Notes under the pieces: generated by a model | The model's input: the letters and a program-made list of their open reading frames with translations, nothing else | Databases searched by the model: none | What the model was told of the DNA's origin: nothing | Assembly (NCBI GenBank): GCA_905178155.1 | Contig: CAJINV010000005.1 | Coordinates: forward strand, 3,292,833-3,356,832 | Length of the DNA stretch: 64,000 nt | Reading direction: 5' to 3' | From: Amoebophrya sp. A120 | Taxonomy: Eukaryota > Protista > Dinoflagellata | Part shown: in pieces, positions 50,684 to 62,700 of the stretch | How positions within the stretch are numbered: the first letter of the stretch is position 1 | How the letters are laid out: every line of letters begins with the position of its first letter | Position numbers and translations under genes: made by a program

Positions 50684-53600
50684 ATGGGCCGCGTTTCGAC
50701 GTTTTTTCCATCAAACCGTTCTCTCGCGTTGGCGACAGCCGTGGGTGCGGTCTCCCATCTGGTGGACCTTGTCCACTCGGTGGACGCAGCCTCCCCCCTG
50801 CGGACCCACGAGAACCAGAAGTTTTGGGACAAGCTGAGAGAGGGCACAGAAAACACCAGCAATGGAGGTGGTGCAACCGAACAAGAGGAGAAAATGGCGC
50901 AGCGGGAGAGGTTGTTTGACCGGGCGCTAGAGCTAGCGACGGCGCGCTCGTCGGGAAGTAGCTCCTCTTCTGCAGCTGGCAGTGGGAAAATTTTACCAGC
51001 AGAAGACGAAGAACGTGAATACGCAGCGGTGGTGGAAATAAAGTCAGCGAAAGATCAGGTTGAGAGCAGTCAAAGAACGTCGTCTCCAAGCACGACTACG
51101 GCCAACGAGAAAGACCAGGACAAGGACAGCGAGAACGGCACTATGAACCTGCAGACCACCGACCCCGAGATTGCGAAGTTGCTTCTGCAGGCCTCGTGTC
51201 AAATGTAAAAATGTCTAGGACTGGAAGAGTCATGCTGTTTTTGCATGACACAGAAGGTCTGGCATGGAAGCTCTAGCATCACAGGTTCCGAGAAGCTTCC
51301 GCAATGCCGAATCCGCATGACAAATCCCCCTTTTTGGTGACAGAAAGCGGGCAGCTTTTGCTACCTATGCATGAGAGATCTTTCTGTGTTCTGAAATGCG
51401 CATCACAAGTTTGTACTCTTCCAGACCCAGACATATTTGCAATGCATACCTCGGAACAGCTGCGCACCGCGTCCCACATCGTGTACCAACACGTGAATCA
51501 CGTGGCACTCGCGGCGAAAAAGCAGAAAAACAACCTCCCCGTCCACGAGGAGTTGAGGCTCCGGATCATGAGGGCCAAATGTCGGAAAAAAGACTACAAA
51601 AATTTGCAAACTTCTTTTTTTCCCATGGCGAGGAACGCCACACACCGTGGCGCGTTGTGCTCCCTGGCTTCAAGTCATGCGTGGGCTATTTTTCCAGTTT
51701 GCTTCGCGATTCACTTCATATTTTAAGCGCTTTGCTGAAGTTCGCGGGCTTCCTCTCATCCCGATTGGAGGTTGTGTGGTGGGCGCAGTTAGTTTTCTAT
51801 TCCGTTTGCCGGATCGACAACACCATCGACCCTGTGATCATATACAAGGCGCTTTCCGGTTTTTCCGGTTTGCCTTGTTGCTCCTTTTAAATTTACCAAA
51901 AAAAGTTCCCAACTTCATACCCTTTCAAAAAGTTTCCGTAAACACGAGCGGAGTCGGAAAGATTTTGCGAATGTTTCCGAGAGTTTTCGTTCTCTTTTTT
52001 TTCTCTTTTCATTTTTTTTCGCGAAAATCGATTTTTGTCATTTTTTGAATTTGGGTCTTTTTGCTCCATCGAACGCGTCATAGCATGCGTGTTCGAAGTA
52101 GGCGGCTTCAAAACCGCGTGGGCTTCTCGTTTCTTTCTCGCCTAGTAAAGTTTTCTTGTGGGTTTTTGCAATGTTTCTGCAATGACACAAGACCACACCT
52201 GGGCGGGACGTTTCCTTTTCGCTTTGCCATGCGCTTTCTTCCAAGTTGTTTTTTTGGCCGCTCTCCTATTGGGTGGCGGCCTTGTAAATATTTCGGTCTT
52301 TTTTCCAAGGCAGTCATAATCAGGCCTCGGCGCTTCAAGAGGAGTCCGATTGGATTTTGGATTCCAAAGCATACCATCCGGCCCCCTGGCGTTAACTGAA
52401 AGCAAGAAAACCAGAACGACCCACCTTGTTCGCATCTCAACACCACGGCCAAACGGCTCGCCTTGTCCCCACCTAGATTCGCCGTTCGCTGAAAGCGAGA
52501 AAACCAGAACGACCCGCCTGGTTCGCATCTCAGTCCATCGGCATCATTGCGAAAGCGGTCGGGGCATGCCTGGTATGCTGGGGAAAAATAAAAACAAAGA
52601 GAAAGAAAGCCAAACGGCCCGCCTCTTCCCCCTCTAAAACCACCGGCGTGCCGCCGCGGCCTCGTTGCCATGCTGCTGCCTCACGCGTTTGCGCGTTGGG
52701 CGCCTACGTAATCCGCCCGGGGCTGGCGCGTGTACACGCAGCCCCGATGGTGTGGGGCGCACGCCTTTTGTGGTGTGCATGCCCAGCATCACAGCCATAC
52801 GGCTCGCCTTTTCCCCACCTAAGTCCCCCGCTCGCTGAAAGCGAGAAAACCAGAACGACCCGCCTGCTCTCGTCTATCTGCGCCCAGTCCCTTCCTGTTT
52901 CTATCTCGGTCGTGCCGGTTGCTTTTCTTGATAGTTTACGACTTGCGTCCTCTCTGTTTCTTAAGTTACAGCAGCGCCTTTGTTTCTAAAGTTATGATCG
53001 TGCTAGACTGTTACTAAAGTTATGGTCTACGACCATGGCAGCGACTTGCTCTCTGCGATCTACTTGCTCGTCGACCGCGATGGCAAAGGCGGCAGAGTCC
53101 AACGCGATCGCTTTCCAGGCAGTCATAATCAGATCGATTTCGGTCTTTTTTCCACGCGATCGATTTCGGTCTTTTTTCCAAGGCAGTCATAATCAGGCCT
53201 CGGCGCTTCAAGAGGAGTCCGACTGGATATTGGATTCCAAAGCAAAACTGCTGGATTACGAGGACGAAGTCACCCTGAAGAAGGACAAAACGGCCCGGAT
53301 CCATATGAGAGTGGTGTACAACTCGAACTCTCCCTCTACCTCATTTGTGTTATGCAAAATAAAAATATAAATACTATTACTAAGTTATTCTATTCACCCG
53401 ACAGCGACACCTTGTTCGTCAGCACTCCTTGCATCGACAAATTTTGGAACCTCGAATTATAGGACTACAATCCGCATGCGCATGCAGATTTGTCATGTGG
53501 AAGCCCCTTATTTATATTTCCTGCTGTTGCTTCTGCTTGTGTTGCTGCTCAGGCCCTTCAAATGAGGGGCAGCAGGGGGAGGTCTGCACACTCATAACCC

Positions 53601-54781
53601 ACCAACTGGAACCATTAATGGAACCCGAAGTGGCCACCATGGGAGACGTTCTGACAAACTGCAGGAAGGGACGGGAAGCAGCGGGGGATGTGATTAAGTA
53701 ATAGTTTTTGTTGATGATGTGTTGTTGTCATGCGTAGGGAATTTTAATGAATCGTTATCGTACTTGATTCGTCCTCCGCCTTCCTGATGAAAGTATCTTC
53801 TTCATGCTGCCTGTCAGGGTAGTGGCAGGAGGAGCATCCATGCGATTCTATTTCTAGCAAGAAACTGTAAGACCGATCTAAATCATACAGCCCCAAGTAG
53901 ATACAAAAATAAACCCACCAGGCGCGACCTGTACCACCCGCGGGCCGACAAGGTCCGCGTGAGTAAGGAGGTGAAGGAGGTGGCGAGAGAGCTGCAGGAC
54001 GTCGCTGGGGAGATCCGCATATCCTGTGCAAAAGTATCGTAGTCGTACTCGTATAAATGCATTACAAATTTCCTCAGCATGAGAGATAAAATTTGTAATG
54101 CTGATTTACCTTGAGAGAAAGATTTGTAATGCATGATTGCAATACCAATAGAATACGAGTGCGATGCTTTTGGACAGGATACCGCAGCGAATACATGAAG
54201 ATGATCATGGGCTTTGCTAACGCGATATCAAATGCAAAAGTGTCTGGGTCAGGAAGAATGCAAGATCTGTCATGCATATTTCTCATGACCCATGATGCCT
54301 GTAATGCATGGCCTAGCATCGCAGACTTTTAGAGGGCTTCCAGATGCACCTTCCGCATGAGAAAACCCTGTCCGTGTAGCGCAAATTGTGCCCCTCTTGC
54401 TGGTCATGCAATACAAATTTTTGTCGAGTCCAAAAACAGCATGACAAGTTGCAATCTTCCAGACCCAGATATTTTTGCAGTTGATACGCGATCGTGGAAA
54501 ATTTTTCGGAGAACAAACCGGCGCATCATTCCGCGGGCGGGATGAAAAACAATCTGGTAGAGCTACAGGTGAAGGAGAAGGAAAAAAGTTTGGCGAAAAC
54601 GGATCCGGGTATTAACATTAAGGCGGGTGATCAAACGATCTCAACATCATCCGCAACCACGTCGAGTAGTAGTACACGGATCATTTCAAGGAAGACAAAC
54701 AGCAGGGCCGCGGCGGGCTCAAGAACAAGGTCGTCGGAGACTTCGGAGGAGAAAACTTTGCCAGATGTGTATGCTTTTTGA
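50684..54781 (+). CDS. Hypothetical protein with four introners and a 1.6-kb GT-AG intron
   Basis: Exons 50684-51196, 51454-51580, 53183-53303, 53602-53697, 53922-54019, 54187-54225 and 54492-54781 stay in one frame. The 3' end is uncertain. Confidence 0.6.
51197..51448. mobile_element. Introner, family A (TGT start variant)
   Basis: Interior closely similar to 10753, with exact DR CCTCG. Confidence 0.92.
52291..53244 (+). repeat. 80-bp direct repeat of a splice acceptor plus exon start, flanking a repeat-rich spacer
   Basis: 52291-52370 vs about 53164-53244. Internal GCTGAAAGCGAGAAAACCAGAACGACC repeats near 52396, 52488 and 52835. Confidence 0.8.
53304..53596. mobile_element. Introner (family of 13346)
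   Basis: TATGAGAGTGGTGTACA...TGCACACTCATA with flanks ATCCA/ACCCA. Confidence 0.85.
54020..54181. mobile_element. Introner, family E
   Basis: TATCCTGTGCAAAAGTATCG...CGATGCTTTTGGACAGGATA with exact DR CCGCA. Confidence 0.93.
54226..54486. mobile_element. Introner, family A
   Basis: Family A IRs with exact DR CGCGA. Confidence 0.93.
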
Positions 54782-55743
54782 GATCGATCGAGTCTCCTCG
54801 ACCATGTGGTTTTTATATTGATCGGTGATTCTTATTTCGCGTTCACACAACAACGTACGACTACGATTAACAATTCCCTTACAAAAACATCAACCTCGAG
54901 AATACAGAAAGTTACTTGCACAGATATCTAAAGGGTGTTGAGAGCTCTTTCTTGCTCACTTCACCACACGATCTACATCAAACACAATTTCACGACCAAT
55001 GAGCTCCATGCACTCGAAAGAGGCTGCTGCATGGGCAGCTCCATATCAACATAGAGATAGACGAGGACGAACTGAAGATGGAGCGAAAAATAACGTCAAA
55101 ACGACCATCAAAACGCGTAGCAGGATGGATGCTGCTCCTGTTAGAAGTGATGATAACACAGTTTGTGGTCAACGTTCCGCGCTCCGTGTTGGGTACAACT
55201 GCTTTTCGAGGCCAGTACCACTGTTGCGACGACCACAACCAGTGGCATTTTTGAGTGCTTGTTCGTTGTTTCATCTCGGGATAAACTTGAAGCCGTCGGC
55301 GCGTTAATTGGTTTATTCCAGGTCAGCATCAGAAAAAGAACTGGAAAAGCATATAGCATTAGCATATTGCAAGAAATAGCAAGATGGATCTTCACCTTTA
55401 CTGAGAAGCTTCTCAAATAGGTATAGGACTAAGTAGTATCACAATTTCACTGTGTTTTTCCAACTCACTTCGCATCTTCGGTGCAGTGACATGTTCATCT
55501 TGATCGGCTCTCAAACAAAAAAAACGTGTGACTATACTGAAAAAAATACTAGAAGTTCTCACTTTTGGTTTTGCCGCTGTGAAATTCGCATGAATCCCCA
55601 TGCATATATAAAGATGAATAAAATTCGCCACTGAGCCACCGTCGTATTATTTATTTTCCCACTCAGATATTAGTCTGTCATATGTGATAAGGAGTTGTTT
55701 TTTCCAGCACTTGTATGCACAAATCCGATACAAAATTTTCAAG

Positions 55744-58700
55744 ATGGTTTTCCTGCTGTCTGAAGAGGATTTCCACCGGCTTTCGAAGCCGATGGAAAAA
55801 CGGGTGCGGTACCTGGAAGAGCAGGTCACACTCCTGACCAAGGCGCTCCACGACGCAAACCTGGTCGAGATTGGCTCGCCGAACGCGTGCGGAGTGGACT
55901 TGGAATTCATGGAGGAAAATGGATCATGTGCTGGGCTGCAGGACACCGACATGATATTAAGCGGCCATCAAGAGATGAACCACGAGCACAAAAAGATGCG
56001 GGCTACGGGTCGTGAAGTAGATGATATAGAAGTTTCCTCTTCTTCTTGTCGGAATATTACTTCTTTTACCGGAAAAATACAGAGGTGTGACACGACGACA
56101 ACGCACACGACAGATATCAAGAACACCAAGAAAGCGGTCAAAGAGCAAGATGTAGTCAAAAACCCATTTGAAGAGGACATTGCGAATTTCAAACTCGACG
56201 ACCTCGAAATAGAAATCGACGACGACGCAGAGGACGGGTTGGCGCTCAAGCCGCATCCCGCAACCGAGCTTCCCCTGGGAGGTGGAGACGCGATGAACAA
56301 AAATAACGATAAAAAACAAAAACCTGCGAACACTTCTAGAAATGCGGCGCTTCATCTGCCGGATCAGCAGAAACAAAACGAGGCCGAGGCGAAGCGCGAG
56401 CAAATATATAACCCTGACTCACCGGGGTTCACTCTCAACGAGCTAGACGGGATAGAGGACCTCAACACACGCCTGCAGCAGGAAGTGGAATATCCAGTGC
56501 AACAAATATGATGTCTGGGAGGTCCGCCTCTGGAACATAATTCCAACTTGTGATGCGGAGTTGTCAGGAGACGAGGAGGAGGACAAAAAAGATGTCCATG
56601 TTCGATTCAGACTAGGCATGGAAATAAAGCCTCCGCGGAATATGCAATGCTTTGTGTGCATTGCAATGCTGGGTTTTTTATAGGGTGCAAAAAGGGCGTG
56701 ACAAATATGTTTTCTTCGGGAGGACCCAGACATGTTTGATATGGAATCAGGAGGAAGCAAATTGGGGGCGGAAGAACTCGCGAGTGGGGCAGCAGGGGTA
56801 CAGTCTTTTACTTTAATGTATCAGTCTGGTTCTTCTTCTTTCTTCTTCTTGATAGTCGATGTTGGAGTAGCTGTCAGACTTTCTGTGCCGCTGCTTGAAA
56901 AAATTTATTTGTTCTATGCCACACACAGCCTGCCCGTCGGCGAGACGAGCATGGTGGGGGCAGCTCTTTGAGCACTTCTAAACAGGAAACAAACAAAACG
57001 GACGAGGGAAGCAATAAGTTGTCCTTCTTACCGTTTTTGAGCAAGACGTCCACAACAAGTGGTATGCTCCCTGGTACCGGCGTGTCCTCGTCCTCTTCCT
57101 CTTCTTCTTCATCCCGCGCGGGCCTCGTCAATAAAGGTGAAAATAAAGTCGACCTTCAGACCAGATCCTTCCAAAACAAAACCGCCAATATTAGAGAGAA
57201 CATCAAAACGAGCAGTGCCAGCCGCCGGGATGTTGAGCAAGATCGTGGTCCTAGCGCTATCAAAAGTACGAGGGGGCGTCAGGAAGAAAAGGAAGCAACT
57301 GCTTTGAAGGTGGAGCGAAGTTCTGGTGGTGGCGCTGCTGTAATTTCCATGCGGGAAGGCGGTTTACCGAGCCAAAGAGTGCTGCTGCCCAATTCATCAT
57401 CATCATCCCGAGGCTTAGCTGCTCGGCGGTCCCGGTCTGCGAGACGGCCTCTGCGGTCCCGTGAACGGACGGGCGGGACGAATTACCCGCCAGAGAGCAG
57501 TTCTAGTAGAACGACCAGGAGCAGAAGACCGGCGGCCCCACCAGTGGGTGTGAGCAGGTACGCAGATCACCTGTCCGAGCCGCGCAACAAACACAGAAGT
57601 CGGGAGGACCGCGAGCGGCGAAGACATTCGCCGATCTCCTCCCGGCTCCTGGCGGCGGAAGAAAGAAACAAACTGGTCGAGCTGCCCCACATGCGGACCC
57701 AGCGACCCATCTCCGAACGGGTTTTGGAAGCCGAGGAAAAAAACAATCGGAAAAACGTACGACCTGCTCAGAATTAAATGATACAATCCCAAACGGCATA
57801 GTTATAGACTCTTCCTTGATTTGAAGATTATTGTTTTTCATGAACTTGCGCTTTACTATACAAAGTTCGTGAGGCGGGTATTTATTTTGGCCGCTCCAGA
57901 ACTTGATGTCCTGCGTATACTTCCTGTCGTGATAAGAGGAACGAGAGGCTGCCAGATCGTGCCTTTTGCTTTTTGCATAGATTTAGATAGGCTTGCGTTT
58001 TATTTGTCGTCACCTTTGAGGTTGTATTTGTCACTACACCTGAGCAGGTCATAAAACGTGGTGAGCTCTATTTCGGCGAGAATTCAGCTGGAGGAGGGAC
58101 ATCAACCACGGACTTCTACTATGAACTGCAAAAGTAGCGCACTAGTATAAATTGCATTACAAATCGGCTCAGCATTACAAATTAAATTTGTAATGCTGAT
58201 TTCCCTGAACACCTAGATTTGTAATGCATAACTGCAATTAGTACGAGTACGATACTTTTGCACAGGATATCTACTTCTCGTGTCGACCGCAGGAGGTCGA
58301 GAAGTGCTTTGCGTTCTACTACACGAACACGAGCAGCTTCTGCTGCGGAAAGGAACGAACACGAAGCACAACGCTCTGCGTTGTTCAACACCAAAAATCC
58401 GCGGCGGTTTTCCCTCGAGAGCAGGAAAGACAAAGAGACACCCAAAACTCCTTCGAAGTCGAACAGTGAACAAGTTTTACAGGTGGTGGAGGCCACAGGC
58501 AACATAGGCATCATATGAACTGCAAAAATGTCTGGGTCTGGAAGAGTTGGAACTTGTCATGCGAATTCATTCTGGAATAGGCAAAAATTTATATTGCATA
58601 AGCACCAAGAGCTTCCCATTTATTGCCACGCAAATAGGGAATTTCTCATGCGGGATAGACATCAGGAGGCCTGCGCAAAACCTGTAATGCTTTTGCGTGC

Positions 58701-58966
58701 ATTAGAGACCAGTGAGTTGCGTGATCGAGAAGATGCATGACAAACTCCTGCAATCTTCCAGACCCAGACATTTTTGCATTTGATACATCAAGTTTGAAGG
58801 CGAAAAAAAGCAGGACAAGAAGGAGGATACCAGACCACCGTACTCGATCTTCAGTAGCGGACACAACAAGGGCGGGCCCACTAACAAGGGGAATTATAAA
58901 CCACCTGCCAAAGTCGTAACGGTGCTACCACCACCGTTTATCCCGACGAAAAACAAGGAAAGGTAG
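55744..58966 (+). CDS. Hypothetical low-complexity (S/R-rich) protein
   Basis: Exons 55744-56490, 56747-56796, 56986-57756, 58088-58119, 58275-58513 and 58791-58966 are in frame after removing three introners and two GT-AG introns. Confidence 0.55.
56491..56741. mobile_element. Introner, family A-like, degenerate
   Basis: TATC..ATGTCTGGG / CCCAGACATGTTTGATA with exact DR TGGAA. Confidence 0.88.
58120..58269. mobile_element. Introner, family E (150 bp, smallest complete copy here)
   Basis: Interior homologous to 54020, with exact DR TCTAC. Confidence 0.92.
58514..58785. mobile_element. Introner, family A
   Basis: Family A IRs with exact DR CATCA. Confidence 0.93.
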
Positions 58967-59725
58967 GAGCGAGTGGTTGTATGCATATGCCACCGCATCA
59001 TGCGCTCATTTCTCTTTAGTAGTCTACTTCGAGCAATGAGAATGACATCAAACAACAATAATTCGGAGGTAGCACATTTCTTTATTACTTCTGCACCCAG
59101 ATGATAGAGTTAGAGTTAGAGATAGAAGCTAGCTCTGTAAAAAGCAGCCTCACTCTGGTGGAGATGGTCCTCAACATGGACGCCGGTCGTCCTCGCGCAC
59201 CATTTCTCCAGCTAGTTCTTGGGTTCCACTCCTTAGAAAAAACTCAACGCGTCAAAAATAAAGCCAATGAGTCAGAGTCGAGCGTGTGAAAGTTTGTGCG
59301 TTAATGACTGCGCTTCGCTTTTATCATGCGGTAGCGTAGTTTGAGGTTGTGGATAAGTTCTTGAGAGAAGCTTGGAGATTTGAAAATCGGGCCTTAGAAG
59401 CTTCTTGTTTCGCTCTTCTCGTGTCGGAAAGTTTAATATTTCTCGTAGAAGATGATACAGTCTGTCTCTGTCCCTCGTGCATCTCAATCATCAAGAAATT
59501 AAGCGTCGGCATTTTCACTTTGATCCTAGTATAGATGGAATTTGTTCCTTGCTTGTCAACATCTAGTGTTTTTTCTACCCCAGCGTCCTTGTTGTTTTTC
59601 TCTTGTCCAACATCGTCGTGAGGACAAGAGGTTCGCGTTCAAAAAAAGACATCATACATAAGTAGATTTTCAGCAGCAAGGAAAAATTCATCGAAATCTA
59701 AGATCGTGAAAGAACTTTAACAGCC

Positions 59726-62700
59726 ATGCCTACGGCAGCCTCAAGTTCTTCCACTAAATTTCTTCTGTCGACTACCAGCGGCGTGCAAAGCAGCAGTGCT
59801 AAAAACATGCCAGCTGCGGGTAAGATGAACAAGACTTCATCCTCCAAGGCCGCACCTCCAGCGGGGAACAAGAATATCAAGACGAAGAGCAGTAAAAAGC
59901 CCATGCTGTCTGTGAAGGAAATGCGGGAGATGAAGAAAAAGAAGATGGTGGTGCGGAAAACCACCGCAGCGGCAGCTATGAAGAAAAAACCCGCCGCCTC
60001 TGGTGCAACTGCTTGGTATTGCGGACGACGGAACAAGAACACCCAGACAAAACAAGGGGAAGCGAAATCGAACAAATCGTCGAAAGGAAAGACGAAAACA
60101 CATGCCAAAAAAGAAGCAACCGAGGAGGAAGAAGACGAAGAGGACGATTCTTCAGAAGACGACACAGACTCAGACGAAGACCCGCGGTTGAAGTGGCCCG
60201 CGCTGGAGTCGAACCCCGAGGCGTTCACGAGTTTCATGCACCGCGTGGGCGTCGCAAAGCAGTTATCGACTGCAAAAATGTCTGGGTCTGGAAGGATGTA
60301 ACATGTGATGCGCATTTCGGAACACACAAAAATTTCTCATGCAGAGGTAGCAAAAGCTGCTCACTTTCTGTCACCAAAGTGGGGGATTTGTCATGCGGGT
60401 TCGGCATTGCGGAAGCTTCTCGAAACCTGTGATGCTAGAGCTTCCATGCCAGAGCTTCTGCGTCATGCAGAAACAGCACGACTCTTCCAGACCCAGACAT
60501 TTCTACATTTGATAGCAGTGGCAGTTCCACGACGTTTTCGACTTGGACATGCTGGACCAGATTCCGGACGTCACCGCCCTGGTTTTGCTCTACCCGATCG
60601 TGGACGAAGAGGGCGAAGCACTCATGCCCACGGCGAACCGGAAACGTACTTTCTGTTTCTATAATTTCCGACAGAATAAAGAACTTTGTCATGCATGCCT
60701 GAGTCTAAGTAACCTGTGCCTGCTGTCTGTGCATGTTTAATAAGTAAGTAACTTGTGCGAATCCAAGTGATTCTATGACGCAATTTTTGACAGCATGAAT
60801 TTTTACACGTGCTGACGAGTGAGACAAGTGATTAAAAATAAACTAACAGCAACATGCCTATGCACAAATGCTCTTACTTTACAAACAGGAGTGAAATTGT
60901 CCGATGACGCCCCCTTCTTCATCTGGCAGGGCGAAGACCTCGGGAACGCGTGTGGTACCATTTCCATTATCCATGCGGTTGCGAATATGGGAGTGTCAGG
61001 ATCGAAATCGACAAAATCGAAAAGTTTGTAATGCGTAAAACGTAGGGCACATAAGGCCTGTGTTGGAGAGGAGGCAAATGAGACCGATTGCAAGCCTGTC
61101 TAGCCCCAAACATGTATTGCCAGAGTAGCATGACAGGCGCAGTCTTCTTTGCCCAAACAGCATGACAGGCTGGATTTTGATGCTCCCAAAATTTGTCATG
61201 CGGCGGTTGGAAACTGAGGCTCCAACTGGTATCGACTTTATGCGTCGCAAATTATTTCGATTTTGTTGATTTCGATCCTGACGCTTCCATAGCGAACTGC
61301 GAGCAAGTGGCGAAAACCGTCAAGAAAAAATCCGCGCTGAGCGAGTTCTTGGCGAAATGTAAAAAGATGACGCCTATCAAGTGCAAAAATGTCTGGGTCT
61401 GGAAGAATGCGAACCTGTTATGCGTGTTGCGGATCATACAAAAATCTGTGTTGCATGACTTGCAAAAGGTCTCCACTTCTGGCCATGCTGAGAGGGCATT
61501 CCTCATGCAGAATAGGCATCACCAAGGGACTGCAGAACGTGTGATGCTACTCCCTGCATTCCAGACTTGGCGGAGCTTGGAGAAACTGCATGACAAATCT
61601 CGGAATCTTCCAGACCCAGACATATTTGCAATCCATAACGCCCGAGGAACGCGGGAGTTTGCTCGACCAAGACGAAGCAATCATGGAGCACGTACTTTTT
61701 CGTGGTAGTTGTGGTCGTGAAGATCATTGTGATATCGATATGTTGTAGTTCCATGTTGTATGCAATACAACTGTCTACTTCGGCCTAGCTAAGAAGGTCT
61801 TGACGCACGAGACCGATTTGTATCGCAGCATTGCATCTTCAGCTGGCTTTTTTCTGATGCAGAAATAATACGGGAATCATGATACATGACCAAAAATACA
61901 TCTTCAGGTTGCCGAAGTCGCTTGCGATGCGGAGTTGAACCAGACCGATTGGTACAAGTTGGTTGAGGACGATGATGACGACGACGATGACGATGAGGAG
62001 GATATTCTGTTGAAAAACGTCCCCGCCCCTCAGACTCCAGATGTTGCTGTTGGGAACTCTGCAACCCAAATCCAGGTTTTTTAAGACTCAACACGCATGA
62101 CAATTCAAAGTCTCTGCTCGTACTATCTGTAGAGTAGTGCATCGCGCAACAAGTTCTCAGCAAGGGCAGCCGCAATTATACCTTGACATTAGAGCCATCT
62201 TCTTATTGTGTTTCCAGCATATCAAGTTCCAAAACGCGACTAGGGCGGATGTATCATGTTGCAAATGTTTCAGTAGATGCAAATCTGCCTGACACCAGCG
62301 CTAGTAGGGAGGTGGAGACGTTTTTACTTGGGATAGATGAAGACGAGGATGAAGATCCGGAGGTTGATTTAGACACCGACCACCACTTCATCACCTTCAT
62401 ATGCATCACAAAATTTGAATTTCGTGCTAGAAGTAATTGCCTAATTCGAATGATCCAATGATTTTTTGCTTAACCACACTAGCATGGAAAAGAAAAACTG
62501 AATAAATGAAAAAGAAAATTGCATGTGCTGTTTGATACCCCCTCCAATGATCGACATTTTCCATTTTGCACGAAGTACTATATTGCAATTGCCGCGAGTT
62601 GTGCGAAGATGTTTTTGCGCAGCATATCTCATCGAGAAAAACAACGTGATCTATGAATTGGACGGCCTCCGCAACATGCCACTTAAGGTCGGCACGACCA

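Noticed and set aside
51580-53247. TG...CA element with AAA flanks (LTR- or DIRS-like)
   Set aside because: A canonical in-frame GT-AG intron (51581-53182) explains the region, and the terminal repeat differs only synonymously, which indicates exon sequence.
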